A stretch of 64,000 bases of DNA from Epithemia pelagica (taxonomy: Eukaryota; Protista; Bacillariophyta): positions 6,262,001-6,326,000 of the forward strand of contig OX337228.1 of the NCBI GenBank assembly GCA_946965045.2, written 5' to 3'. Under the pieces are notes generated by a model. It had not been told where the DNA came from. It saw nothing but the letters and a program-made list of their open reading frames with translations, and did not search any database. Below, piece by piece: positions 35,958 to 48,037 of this stretch; position 1 is the first letter of the stretch; every line of letters starts with the position of its first letter. Position numbers and translations under genes: made by a program.

Positions 35958-38055
35958 TCAATCGAGCTGGATTCCTTCACAGTCAAGTTCTAGAATGTCA
36001 GTCTTCGAACTGAGTAGAGTTGAAACAGATGGGATAGTTCTTCCCAGGTCGCCATGAACAAATTCCTTGACATCTGTCGAACAGTCAAATTATTACGGAT
36101 ATATCAACGATTCTGTGAGGGGAAATGGAGAACGCCAACACTCATTAAATGGCAAGCAGTCATCACTTACATGTTCCTGCATCCGTAGAAAGCCGAAGCC
36201 GAAAGTAGTGATTGTCAATCCTTGTTGCCCGACAGGTCAATACATGACGCGTTCGAACTAGATTGGATCGCCGATGTAGAACACGTATTGGCGTTCGCTG
36301 TTGAATTTCCAATGGAAAGGTTCCTAGCAAATTGTTCAATGTGTCTTCATCCTGTGGTAACTCTGTTTGGCACCAACATAAACAACCGTAGTGCTTCACT
36401 TTGGATTCAGTCTGGGCTTGCAAATTCTTAAAGGAAGAAGCCGACACAAACTCGAGGTTGGGCGATATACCGACGCCCAAGGGGTTGTTTCCGTACGAGT
36501 TCACAGAAGACGACGAGGTTTCCGAGTGTTGAGGTTGATTGATGTCTCGGACAATTTGTTGTAAAGCTGATTTTGATGGCATAGAGAGAGCATCAATGAC
36601 CTCGCATACAAACGGTCTTCCCGAAACTTTGTGTTTGGTTGTTGATACTTCATGTAGTGCTGGGACGATCATTCGAACATCCATATCCTCTCTTCCAGAT
36701 GCATGGAATTTGGCCGCACCATATGCAACGATTGGTGTTTGTGCCGTTCCGCTTCTGTCGTTGTCCGTGTAGAGCGATTTGTTGTTGACGGTCGATATTC
36801 CTCGACAAGCGCGCTTCACAGCTGGAAGAATCTGCTCCTCGACAGACGTGACGCCTAGACGCCGACGTTTCCCTTGCTCGGAGACAAAAAAGGGAGTCTG
36901 TGAAACGTCTCGTCGAGTTTTGGTATAGCAGCTTCCCAGATAAAAAGGTCGTCTCCAAATCGCAACGTGAAATTCCAGTGCATGGGTTCGGTCGTTCACA
37001 GGAGGATCACTCTGTAGGAATGAAGTCAGTTCTGCGTCAACAAAATGTGCTTGGTTCACTACTGCCTGATTGAGTGTCCATAGCATCAGGGAATCGTTCC
37101 CTTTATTCATCAGTCTCCACTCAAGATTTTGCCGTGGATCTCCGCCTTGTGGTGGTGGTCCTTCCACGGCCAGCATTTGCTTTATCTTTCGAGATATTTT
37201 CCTGGATTTGCGATTGGTTTCAGATGAATCGAGCCCCTCCTTGGGTCTTTGAATCTCTTCAGTTGGTACCACAACAACATGAATTCCCAAGTGTCCAGCC
37301 TCTTCGTCCCACACACATTCTGGATAGTCACACCGTGAGACGTGTTCGGAACAGCACCTAGTTTGTTCGATATTATCCACGCATTGTAGCAAAGTACTTT
37401 TGGCCTCGAGTTTTATACAATTCACAAAGTCTTCAACCTTGTTTGAGGCTTGCGAGGTTTCTGGATCTCTTGTGGTCATTTGTGCTGGTTCTGAATGATT
37501 TTGTTGCTTTTCTTCTTTTCGTTTCGTTGCCACCGCGCAGCAAAAGCGGTACACCACATCCCCTGGTAATAGTATAGCCGGAGGGGATGCTCTTCGACTG
37601 ATTCGATTCCAACCAGCGTTCTCTGCGCTGTCCTCGTTGCTCTTGTCATGGTAATTTCCTGTGTAGGTATCCAGGGCTTGATCAATTGCAGATTGAAGCC
37701 TATCTTGAAAATCTGGTTGAAACACTCCAAGACAAATGGAACACCAAGGTTGTTTAGAAGTAGACGAGGATGCGACGCCCTCTCCATGGCCATTTCCACC
37801 AGCCGTCTTGGTTGTGGTTTCAAGGCTCATCAATGTCTGGTCTCCTAGTTCATGAGGATTGAATTTCAGTTCTTTCTCCTCTTCAAGAGATGTTTCTTCT
37901 TCTGTCGTATCGCTGTTATCGTGCACCAACTTGCTACAGTGCGAACAGACAAACATCATGGTCAAGTGTGCCTTGCTGCGATATTTCTGTCCCCGGGCAA
38001 AAAAATGAGCGACGCGACCGCCCGTCAGTCCTTCGTCCAACTGGAATTTTTCCAT
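35958..38055 (-). CDS. PUS10: tRNA pseudouridine synthase Pus10
   Basis: Exon 38055-36171, intron 36170-36074, exon 36073-35958. FHASGREDMDVRM, GRPF, QRTPIRVLHRR, and AGT-YVKEFVHGDLGRT across the intron. Two CxxC. Confidence 0.93.
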
Positions 38056-38225
38056 CTACAATCTTGATGATGTTTTATGTGGTGCCGGTTCTATCGGCTA
38101 CCTACTCATCTTCAATTCGATCGATCGATCGAGGTAGCAAACCCGGAGTTTGCGCTAGACCCACAACACCAAACCCAAAACAAGCCGACACCAAAACCTT
38201 TTGGCCTGTCAAAGAAACCTGCACC
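38056..38225. promoter_or_regulatory. Candidate bidirectional promoter between PUS10 and ValRS with (TCGA)4 palindrome at 38117-38132
   Basis: 170 bp between divergent start codons, with a perfect 16-bp palindrome near the middle. Function is inferred only. Confidence 0.5.
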
Positions 38226-41200
38226 ATGACGACGTTTGCTTGGGAGCAAGATGAGAAGGTAGGTATTCCGTGTTATAGTTGTTGGATGGCAATTGAATCG
38301 TCACGAAACTAAAGACCGCAAGTTTTCAATGGGGAGGATGAATCTCGAGACTAATGTCATTGATTTATCGAAACGTGCATTACGTGGTTGCTGTCCGACT
38401 CATCATAATGCCTTCTCTGGATTTTCTTGTTGCTCTCAGGTAGTGGGCATGTCCTTGTACACGCCCGAAGGAACGATACGTCCCAACTTTCCCACACCCT
38501 CAGGAAACAGCAATAGTGAGCCTACCAACAAGAATGGCGACAACGAGAAAAAGGATGATAGTCCGAGTGGTGGTGCACCGGCCGAGGGGGAAAAGAAACT
38601 TTCCAAAAACCAACTAAAAAAGATGGCCAAGGGAAAGGTACGTCTGCCAGTTGTCTGGAAATGGATGCAGTCACTTTCTTGTCTCCGTTGTACGGACTAA
38701 AAAGCTTTGTTCCGCTGGAATGACAGAAAGAAAAGAAGGAAAAGCCACAATGGGGTGAACCAAAGAAGGAAAAGAAAATTAAAGCCGCCCCTCCCAAAAC
38801 GGAATTTGTCAATACGACACCCAAGGGTGCCAAGAAGGATTTGGCATCCATTCCAATGCAGGACAAGTACCATCCTGCGGCCGTCGAAGCTGCCTGGCAA
38901 GATTGGTGGGAGGCTCGGGGATTCTACTCGTGTGATCCAGCGGTTGCCGCCACTAAGCCCAAGGAAGAAAAGTTTGTCATGGTGATTCCACCTCCCAATG
39001 TGACTGGTTCACTTCATTTGGGACATGCCCTCACGGTAGCGATTGAAGATACGCTGACTCGGTGGCATCGTATGAAAGGACACGCCACGCTGTTTGTACC
39101 AGGTTAGTACACTCATCATACCATGTGAGCAAGACGGTACCGAGGTTGACGCTAATATGTTTCGTTGACACAGGTACGGATCATGCCGGAATTGCCACTC
39201 AATCGGTTGTGGAGAAAATGCTACAAAAGAACGAGGGGAAAACTCGTCATGATCTTGGTCGAGAGGAATTTGTGAAAAAGGTATGGGAGTGGAAAGAAGT
39301 GCACGGAAATCGAATCACACAGCAGCTTCGGCGTCTTGGGTGTTCCGTTGATTGGAGCCGCGAGCGCTTTACGATGGACGACATGTTGAGTAAAGCTGTT
39401 GTGGAAGCCTTTAATCGATTCCATGAAAAGGGTATCCTGTATCGTGCTAACCGATTGGGCAATTGGTCGTGTGCTCTCAAATCAGCCATTTCTGATATTG
39501 AAGTGGACTACATTGAACTCGAAGGCAGAACCTACCTTGAAGTGAAAACACACAAGGGAAACCCCAAGGATCCGAAAGGACGATATGAGTTTGGGACGCT
39601 CACCTCCTTTGCCTATCCATTGGAAGGATCGGATGAAAAAATTATTGTAGCCACAACACGTCTGGAGACGATGTTAGGGGATACAGCCGTGGCAGTTCAC
39701 CCAGACGATGAACGGTACAAACATTTACACGGGAAGTTTGTCATCCATCCGTTCAACAACCGACGAATCCCAATCATTACGGATGCAGAGCTTGTAGACA
39801 TGTCGTTTGGAACGGGAGCGGTGAAAATCACTCCAGCACATGACCCGAATGATTACGAAGTCGGTATCCGCCACAAACTAGATTTCATTACGATGTTGGC
39901 TGCCGATGGTTCCCTCAACGACAATGGAGCTCCTTTCACTGGAATGATGAGATATGATGCCAGAATGGCTGTGGAAGACGCATTGAAGGAAAAGGGGCTT
40001 TATATCGGTAAAGAACCAAACAAAATGAGACTTGGTTTATGTTCTCGATCAGGTGACGTGTTGGAACCAATGATCACACCGCAGTGGTACGTGGACTGTA
40101 CGAGCATGGCCAAGCGGTCGGCAGATGCCGTACGCAATGGCGATCTCGCCATTATCCCCGACCAAAATGAAAGCACCTGGTTCATGTGGCTTGATAACAT
40201 TCGACCTTGGTGCATTAGTCGCCAACTCTGGTGGGGACACCAAATCCCCGCATGGTTTGCGACCAAGAAGGGAGAGACTCTGGACAAGAATGACATGGCA
40301 AACAACGATCGTTGGGTGGTAGCCAGAACCGAAGAAGAAGCTCTCTCAAATGCTAAGAAGCTTTTGGGAACGGAAGATGTGGAAATCGTCCGAGATGCCG
40401 ATGTATTGGACACTTGGTTCTCGTCAGGTTTGTTTCCTTTCTCCGTGATGGGCTGGCCAGACGATACTGCTGACCTGAAGGGATTTTACCCTACATCTCT
40501 ACTTGAAACCGGGCTTGACATCTTATTCTTCTGGGTGGCTAGAATGGTCTTCTTTGGATTGGAACTAACGGGGGAATTGCCGTTCGAAACGGTATTCCTG
40601 CATTCTATGGTGAGGGACAAAGAAGGACGCAAAATGTCCAAATCTCTCGGCAACATAATAGATCCTTTGGAGGTCATATCGGGTTGTTCTTTAGAATCGT
40701 TGCAGAGCCGTCTAGACGCCGGTAATCTTCCAGAGAAGGAAGTCGCACGGGCGAAGAAGAACAATGAACAAGAGTTCCCGGAAGGTATCCCAGAATGTGG
40801 ATCGGATGCTCTTCGTTTCGGCTTACTGGCTTATACATCGCAAGGAGGTGACATCAATCTGGATGTGAAACGTGTGGTAGGGTACCGCATGTTCTGTAAC
40901 AAACTATGGCAAGCTACGAGATTTGCTTTGACGTTTGTCGCGGACTTTCAACCAACTCCCACGTTGCTCCAGGATTTGTCAGGGAAAATGGAAATCCGAG
41001 ATAAGTTTGTTATTTCGAGACTCATGAACACGGCAAAAGCCGTCAACGACTGTTTAACCAAGTACAAGTTTGGAGACGCCCAGCAAGCTTCCTACGCTTT
41101 CTGGATTGATGATTTGTGCGACGTGTATCTTGAACTTGTGAAACCTGTCGTTTATGACAAGTCCGACGAAAATAAGGATAAGAGATGGGCTGCTCAAGCA

Positions 41201-41872
41201 AGCCTATGGATTGCCCTTGAAGGCGGTATCCGCTTACTTCATCCGATGATGCCATTCGTCACCGAGGAGTTATGGCAGAGGCTTCCCGGACGTGGTACTT
41301 TGGGATCGGAAGAACCCGAAACAATCATGCTTGCCCCGTATCCTGAGGCCGATGACAACTTTATGAATGAGGAAGCTGAGAAGTCAATGGATGAAACCAT
41401 GAAGATTGTCAAAGCATGCCGTTCTCTCCGTTCCTCGTACAATATTGCAAACAAGACGTTGTCTGTGTTTTATCTCAAGGCTAGTGGTCCAACCGCAACT
41501 GCTGCATCCAAACAGACCAGTGATATACAGACTCTTGGGAAAGCATCTGAGGTACATTTGAACGTAGCCGAATCGGAAGTGCCCGCCACGGTTGGAACTC
41601 TTGTCGTGGACGATCAGCTGGTGGTCCACATGGATATTAAAGGTGTTGACTTCACGGTTGAAATTGCTCGCTTGCAAAAGACCCTGAAGACGACCACCCC
41701 CCAGATTGAAACTCTTCAGAAGAAAATGTCCGCTGATGGATACGAAACTAATGTACCAGATGAACTGAAGGCGTCGAATATTGCCAAGATGGACGCATTA
41801 GTAAAAAAGAAGGAAGACGTCGAAGCCGCAATTGCCAATTTTGAACGTCTTGCAGCCATGGAAAGTAAATAA
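38226..41872 (+). CDS. VARS1: Valyl-tRNA synthetase (cytosolic type)
   Basis: Exons 38226-38258, 38440-38637, 38727-39102 and 39174-41872, all junctions GT-AG and in frame. [39 protein letters not shown]. Confidence 0.96.
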
Positions 41873-42254
41873 TGCCGACGAAGACCCCTTTTGAATGATG
41901 GGAATATCTAATATCTGGAACCGAGAAGGTCGAAACAGACTCATAGAATTAATAAGTTGTTTGCTGTGTATCCCATTTCTTCGTAGGCACATGCAACGCT
42001 TGATGGAAATCTAGAGTCTCCTCACTCAGTCCATCAGTTATCTACATCTCAAAGATGAGGTCATAATTCATAATGTGGTGGCTTTCGCTTTGCCAGCTTG
42101 CGACCTCCATGCTTGCGTGACAAGTATGAGTATGTCTCAGCAATAGAGACCGTAGACCGTAGACCGTAGATACAGCCTTGTCCTGGTATGGATACACAAA
42201 CAGAGCCGATTGCGGTACGGAGAGTGAGGATAGGTCAAAACAAGATGTCCGTTT

Positions 42255-43610
42255 TCATTTATGCTCATCACAATTGACAATGCAGAGCTCCAGCGAGGCC
42301 TTGTCCACTTTGAGTTGAATGTGATGAATTTCGGCAAATCCTCCGAAACGCTGAGGCGGGAGGGAGGGCCAGGACTCAATGTTTTCCACATGGTATTTGC
42401 TTTGTTTCCATCCACCGGTCGATGCAACCGTGGCACTCAGACCCGTCTTTTCAAACTGATAGGCTCGCTTTTCGTTAAGCTGTACTGCAGTACCAACCCG
42501 TCGGCCTCGTGTATGATGCTGGTTCGATAGAGAAATGGTTGTAAAAACATGGTCTACCTCGGGTCGATGAGGCACAGTCATGCCCCTGAAACGAGGATTG
42601 CGACATCTCACCAGTCCCAAAAACACTAGGCGATAAAACAAATCAGTGTCCTCCGCACCCCATCCTTGCATTTGATTGTCCATTCCGTTGATACTCGCCC
42701 AATGTTGCTGATGAATCGTCATGACCCCACCGGCAAAATGGGGAAACGGCATGCCAAAAGCTTTATTCTGATTTTTGACTGCCAGATGAAGAGGATAAGA
42801 ACAGCTGTGGTAAAAAGGATTATCATACATACTTGGAATCAAATCCACGTCATGAATAGTGACACATTCTGTGTCCGCCGAAATATGATCCAATCCGGCA
42901 TTCATCAACAGTGCTCGATTGAACAATTCATTATCCCTCTGTTCCACAATAAACAAGGAGAACTCATGCTCAGGCTGTTTCCGATCTTTTCTATAGTGAT
43001 AATAAAAGAAGTAATCCATGTAATCAATGAATCGCTTCAAATGATAGAATCGATGACGGTAGGGAATAACAATCGCATGTTTGTGGGGTTTGGTTTGTAT
43101 TGAGCTTGGCTGCTCATTCGATTGTTGCGCTGGTGTATGATTGAAAGAGGGTTGACGTGCCTTTTGGGGGTCTTTCGCCGTGGTTGCTTGTCCAAAAGGA
43201 GAGTGTATGACCCAGGAATCTTCCAGTTCCGCTGATACTTCTTCACAGAGATTCGATTGGAGACCTGTCGTTCCATTGAAATGATGAAGACGTGGTTTTT
43301 GAACAGTCTCTTGCGGCAAACTCGACAAGATGAACTCCAGCCATTGCCGCTTGTCGTGAATGCGTTGCGTCCAATTGATGTCAGAAGAAAGAGAAGATGA
43401 GAAGGATGTGGTTGGGGTTGAGGATGAACCCTGTGCTTGGCAGTTAGTATCCGTATTGCTTGTGATCGTCGTCATCAACGACAAAGAAGCGGCATCATTC
43501 ATCATTACCATAGGTAAAAAATGGACAAGGACAACAGCAACAGTCAGACCAAGTACAAGTGTTGTCCTTGGTTTTAAACGCCGTCCCATTCCCATCGCAG
43601 AGGCAGTCAT
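42255..43610 (-). CDS. GT7 (beta-1,4-galactosyltransferase-like) type-II membrane glycosyltransferase
   Basis: N-terminal TM, AIVIPYR, LFNRALLMNAG, HDVDLIP, GWGAEDTD. Confidence 0.88.
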   Translation of the reverse strand: MTASAMGMGRRLKPRTTLVLGLTVAVVLVHFLPMVMMNDAASLSLMTTITSNTDTNCQAQGSSSTPTTSFSSSLSSDINWTQRIHDKRQWLEFILSSLPQETVQKPRLHHFNGTTGLQSNLCEEVSAELEDSWVIHSPFGQATTAKDPQKARQPSFNHTPAQQSNEQPSSIQTKPHKHAIVIPYRHRFYHLKRFIDYMDYFFYYHYRKDRKQPEHEFSLFIVEQRDNELFNRALLMNAGLDHISADTECVTIHDVDLIPSMYDNPFYHSCSYPLHLAVKNQNKAFGMPFPHFAGGVMTIHQQHWASINGMDNQMQGWGAEDTDLFYRLVFLGLVRCRNPRFRGMTVPHRPEVDHVFTTISLSNQHHTRGRRVGTAVQLNEKRAYQFEKTGLSATVASTGGWKQSKYHVENIESWPSLPPQRFGGFAEIHHIQLKVDKASLELCIVNCDEHK

Positions 43611-43997
43611 GATGGAAGAATGAAACTTGATCTATTTCTCTGTGGTGTGTATTCGACAAGAGATGAGATGTTCTCTGTGTAAATTTTCTCGTAAAAAGTG
43701 GCTTGGTGTTGGATTTGTGGCGGGGGGATTTCACAGAACGCTAGCTCTCTGGGTGTGATCCTTTTCTCGCTCGTCCGTCCGCTTCACGGGTGACGAGCTT
43801 CAGATTTCGCATGTCTGATCCGCCGATGGGGCAATATAATTCGGACCTGGTTGAATACGAGGGGAGATGTACTGCCAGTCCTTTTTTACTAGGCCTCTTG
43901 TCCGACGGCCGGCGATACGGGGGAAATTTGGGGGAAAGTCAGCATCTTCCCAAGTTGAGTTCGTGACCGACGATACAAAGCTTTGAAGTGGTCCCAG

Positions 43998-44587
43998 ATG
44001 GGTCAACTGTTGACTCTTGTAGAGCAAAATCGGAAAGACATGGTGAGTGGTGAGTTGGTTTTCCAGTAATAACACAACTCATCACAATCCGTCGAACGAT
44101 TGTGGAAAGAAGTGAACCATTGCCTTTGGGTCAAGTGTTGGCGTTTGTCCAAGAGAATCCGTTCATTCGATTTCTCTCTGTGTGAGCCACCGTGAACGAG
44201 ACGCCAAAGGAAATGCGGTTTACCACCACCGAACAATCCGTCAAGGCCGAAAGTTGGATCGACTTTCACAGCCGACATCACTCGGAAGAATTTCGGTATT
44301 CCTCTCGCAATGAGCGTAACTTGGGAAGCCTTCTCAGTGTGAATCCACCACTTTACTCCGAACCATGCTCTCAGTCATGGCTAACGTCGCTCTTGGATAG
44401 CTTATACTACGATGAGAGCCGTGTTTGCCCTGGTGACGAGTCGTCTGAGTGCCTCGCCGAACGAGAGCCCTCCAGCACCGACAGGAGGAGTTCTGGAACA
44501 AGACGGCAGTCCATGTTCTCCACGAAAGGATCTTCTCGTAAACTTCGACGCAAGAACAGTTTGAAGAAAAGACCACCTTCACCGTAA
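43998..44587 (+). CDS. Possible small two-exon hypothetical protein (MGQLLT... N-terminus)
   Basis: 15 codons at 43998-44042 followed by a perfect in-phase GTGAGT donor, and an open frame 44192-44587. The in-frame acceptor (AAG ending 44209) is weak. Confidence 0.25.
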
Positions 44588-44774
44588 TGCCTTACGCTTC
44601 CGTCTCTGCGACTGTGCTATCTCTTCTTTCCCTGGAAAGCTTGACTGTTGCATGCCAGTACGATAAAAAAAAATGAACCATCTGTATATTTCACGGAGAA
44701 TACGAAAATGCTGTAGAATTGATACATCGTAAGCTATATATTCATGTGCTACCTTCCCCATTTATAATAGCTTT

Positions 44775-46362
44775 TTACTTGGATGTGGATGGATCGGCTG
44801 CATTCGCCACTTCCTCTATTATGGGAAGAGCATTGAGGCACCAATTTTCATGCCATCTCAGTCGATTCTCCAACTTTTGGGAGTACTCGTGGAGTTTGCC
44901 AAACGAGTGACACGGCATGGGTTGATCGTGCTGAAGCGGCCGGAGTAACTCAAACAGTTGATCCGCGAGTTGTGCACTCGTGGTAAACACATGACCATTC
45001 ACGTCCTCTTGCACCAGTTCGGACAAACAGGCAAAGTCCATGGCACAAACTGGTACTTGACATCCAAACAAGTCCAGGACTTTCATGGGTAGGTCTAATC
45101 CTGAAGTGGATGTGTGCAAGGAAACACCGACATCGGCACAGGCCAAAAATGTTGGATAATCTCGAGGTTCCAACCAAATGGTGGAAACCGCAAGATGATG
45201 CAGCGTAAGCTTGGAAATTTGGACCTCATAGTCTGCTTTTTCAGGGCCTTTTCCCGTCACAACTACCACGGCACGTAGGTTGATGCCTTCACTTTCGATT
45301 TTCGCGTCCAACAACAACAAGGCCGCAAGAAGTATACCAAAATCCTCATCGGGCGTCCAGGAAGTTGAACTTGTAATCAGTGCTGGCCGACCTAGTCTCG
45401 GACTGTACCTACCGTTCTCGTAGACTGTTAGCAGGGTCTGATTGCTTTGAATGCCGTATTTGGGCCATGATTTGGGGCATGCTTTTTCAAGTTGAGGGTG
45501 GATCTTTTGGAGGAGTGCATGTTGCTCTGCCAGACTCCGAGGTTGGAACATGTGAGGAGGGCAATCTGGAAGAACCCGAACCTTTTCAGCGGCAAGTTTG
45601 AGATCGGAATCGAGAAAGCTTTTCATGGCATTTGTGACAGTCAAATGCGCATCTGCTCGAGGAGCAACGAGTTTTTCATAAACCTGTGCAATCTTTCGCG
45701 TTGGCCCACCGGCAAGCATGGAGTACCCCCTATCGACAGCATCATAAGTCTCTAAGAATGAAGCAAACAAGGCATGGACCACCATGTCGTCGTCTTACTT
45801 ACAGATTGTGCCAATCAATGACGAGGCCTGGTCCTTTTCGTTTACGAAATACAAATAGCCCAATTACCCAGCAATAGACTCTTGCAACGAGAAGAAGCGG
45901 GAGCGCGGGTGGATTTTGTACCAACACACAATGTGGGGCTTTGAGCCTCCTATATGGAATCCGTGCCACCAACACCCAAATCAACCATACTGCCAAGCTG
46001 ACGATTCTCCATACAAAATAGACGAATCGAATCTTTTGAAGAAAGCTCGGCGAGGGTACGGAAAATCGAACGACATTCAGGATGCCAGTCGGCGTGTCCT
46101 CCGTTTGCTCTTCCGAATCGTTCAATGATGGGTCGTCCTTGGTGAGCTTGGCCGTCTCGGTTTCAGGCTCTTGGTGGTGGTTGCCCAGATAGGACACCAA
46201 ATCGGGGATCAGGTCCTCGCCTGTATATCCAACCAAGGAAACAATATGACCACACTGCAGCAACGATAGCGCGTGATACTGCATTCGAGGCGATCGGCCA
46301 AGATCACCGAGAACGATTACCACCACATGGAGTTGCCGATGGTCCGACTTTAGGATTGCCAT
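44775..46362 (-). CDS. ALG1: Chitobiosyldiphosphodolichol beta-mannosyltransferase
   Basis: Exon 46362-45804, intron 45803-45730, exon 45729-44775. VLGDLGRSPRMQYHA, QNPP, IDWHNL-GYS, SSTSWTPDEDF, HTSTSGLDLPMKVLDLFG. Confidence 0.96.
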
Positions 46363-46462
46363 TGTCAATAATTGTGAGAGTCAAGAGTGGGTGGATCGTG
46401 TCATCGCCGATTGAACAATGTCTTGCCGTCGTCCGTTGATCCTTCCGAATTCCGAATCTCCA

Positions 46463-46834
46463 GCCCTGTTGGAGCGCTTTTACGATGTCCAAAAGGGTTG
46501 TATTCGGCTGGATGGACGAGATGTACGGGACCTGAATTTGAAAACACTCCATCGTCAAATTGGCCTAGTCCAACAGGAACCCACCTTGTTTGGCTTGTCG
46601 GTCCGAGACAATATCACTCATGGTGTACATCTCCACGCCGTGGCAGCTCCCACGGACGACCAAATTTGGGAGGCTTGTCGCAAAGCGAATGCGGCAGACT
46701 TTATCGCCAACTTTCCTCAAGGACTGGACGAATTGATTGGCGAACGGGGAACCAAACTGAGTGGAGGTCAGAAACAGCGGATTGCCATTGCCCGCGCCAT
46801 TCTCTTGAATCCAGCCGTTTTGTTATTGGACGAC
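46463..46834 (+). pseudogene. Isolated ABCB/MDR nucleotide-binding-domain fragment
   Basis: ALLERFYD, Q-loop GLVQQEP, signature LSGGQKQRIAIARA and Walker B VLLLD(D). No Walker A, D-loop, H-loop or TMD on either side. Confidence 0.85.
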
Positions 46835-46944
46835 GGTATCGTTTCCTCTTCTTGCAGACTTCGTTCCATCGTCCTCTGGGACCATTGGACTATAGCTATA
46901 GCCATCCAATGCCTTGTCGGGTCCACTGGTGGTGGTGGTGATTA

Positions 46945-47191
46945 AAAATTGGCTCCCCACGGTATTTTGGAGACCATTGAGTTCCACAGCCACCACACGT
47001 CCCGTTTCGCGACATTCTGCTTCGGTCAATCGACGACCCGAAGACGATGCTAAAAACCTCTTTTCGTTATTTTGCAACAATGATTCGTTACGAGACACTG
47101 TAATGACGAATCCTTCTTGTTTGTGGTCATGGCGGTCAACAAACCATCTAAAAGCTTGTCGCTCCATCTCCCGTGCCTGTGGGATGACAAC
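46945..47191 (+). repeat. Dispersed repeat copy A (about 245 bp)
   Basis: Aligns by eye to 53001-53243 with about a dozen substitutions or small indels. Confidence 0.95.
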
Positions 47192-48037
47192 CAACCGACT
47201 TGGATGGACAAAGTGCGGCCCACGGGAGGAAAATTTACCTCCTTCGACGACCAAGGAATCGATTGACTTGGATGTGCACCAATACAAGCATCCAATCTAA
47301 CGAAGGGTGAATCAACGCCTCCAGAATCCCTGGACGTTACAGAGCAAGAATCACAACGAGCGGAGGACGACGCAACACCTGCTGCAACGACACTAGAATC
47401 GACCACTGTGAAAGCTCCAAACGAGGAATTACAGAGAACCGAGGACGATGCGCCGCCTCCGTCGACGACGATAGAATTATCTGACACAACTGCAGAAAGC
47501 AAGGAATTGCACAGAATAGGGGACGACGATGCAACTCCTCTCCCGTCCACGACAATGGAATCTTCTCACTTGGATACCGAGAACGCGCAACCTCCCCCCA
47601 CTGTTGACGGTATAACACCACCATCAACAGCAATAGCATCTACCGACTTGGATGTGCAGCAGGAGGAATCAAAACGGATAGAGAATCATTCAACACCTCC
47701 ACTGACTGCAATAGAATCTTCCAACTTGCATACACAACAGGATGAATCGCAACCAACAGAGGATTAAACAACACCCCTATCGACAGCAACAGAATCTACT
47801 GGTTTGGATCTGCAAAAGGAGGAATCCCCGATTGACGAAAATGACGCACCGCCCATCGCAACTGCATTAGACGAACTAGGATCATCCTCACTCCAGAGCC
47901 CTCCAAAAGCCAAGAGTGTCCCATCGTCTTTACCTTTTGCTCGCTCATGGATCCCACTACTAGTTCGACAATGGACTGTATCGACTTTTTACAGCAACAT
48001 CAATCGACGTTGGAAACACAATTATGGTCAGTACTGA
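46950..48037 (+). pseudogene. Disrupted ORF: R/S/T-rich presequence-like start followed by degenerate 26-aa acidic repeats
   Basis: Frame change near 47285 and in-frame TAA at 47765-47767. 78-nt periodic units start at 47627, 47705 and 47783 (TAIxSTxLDxQxEES...TPP), with more degenerate units upstream. Confidence 0.6.
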
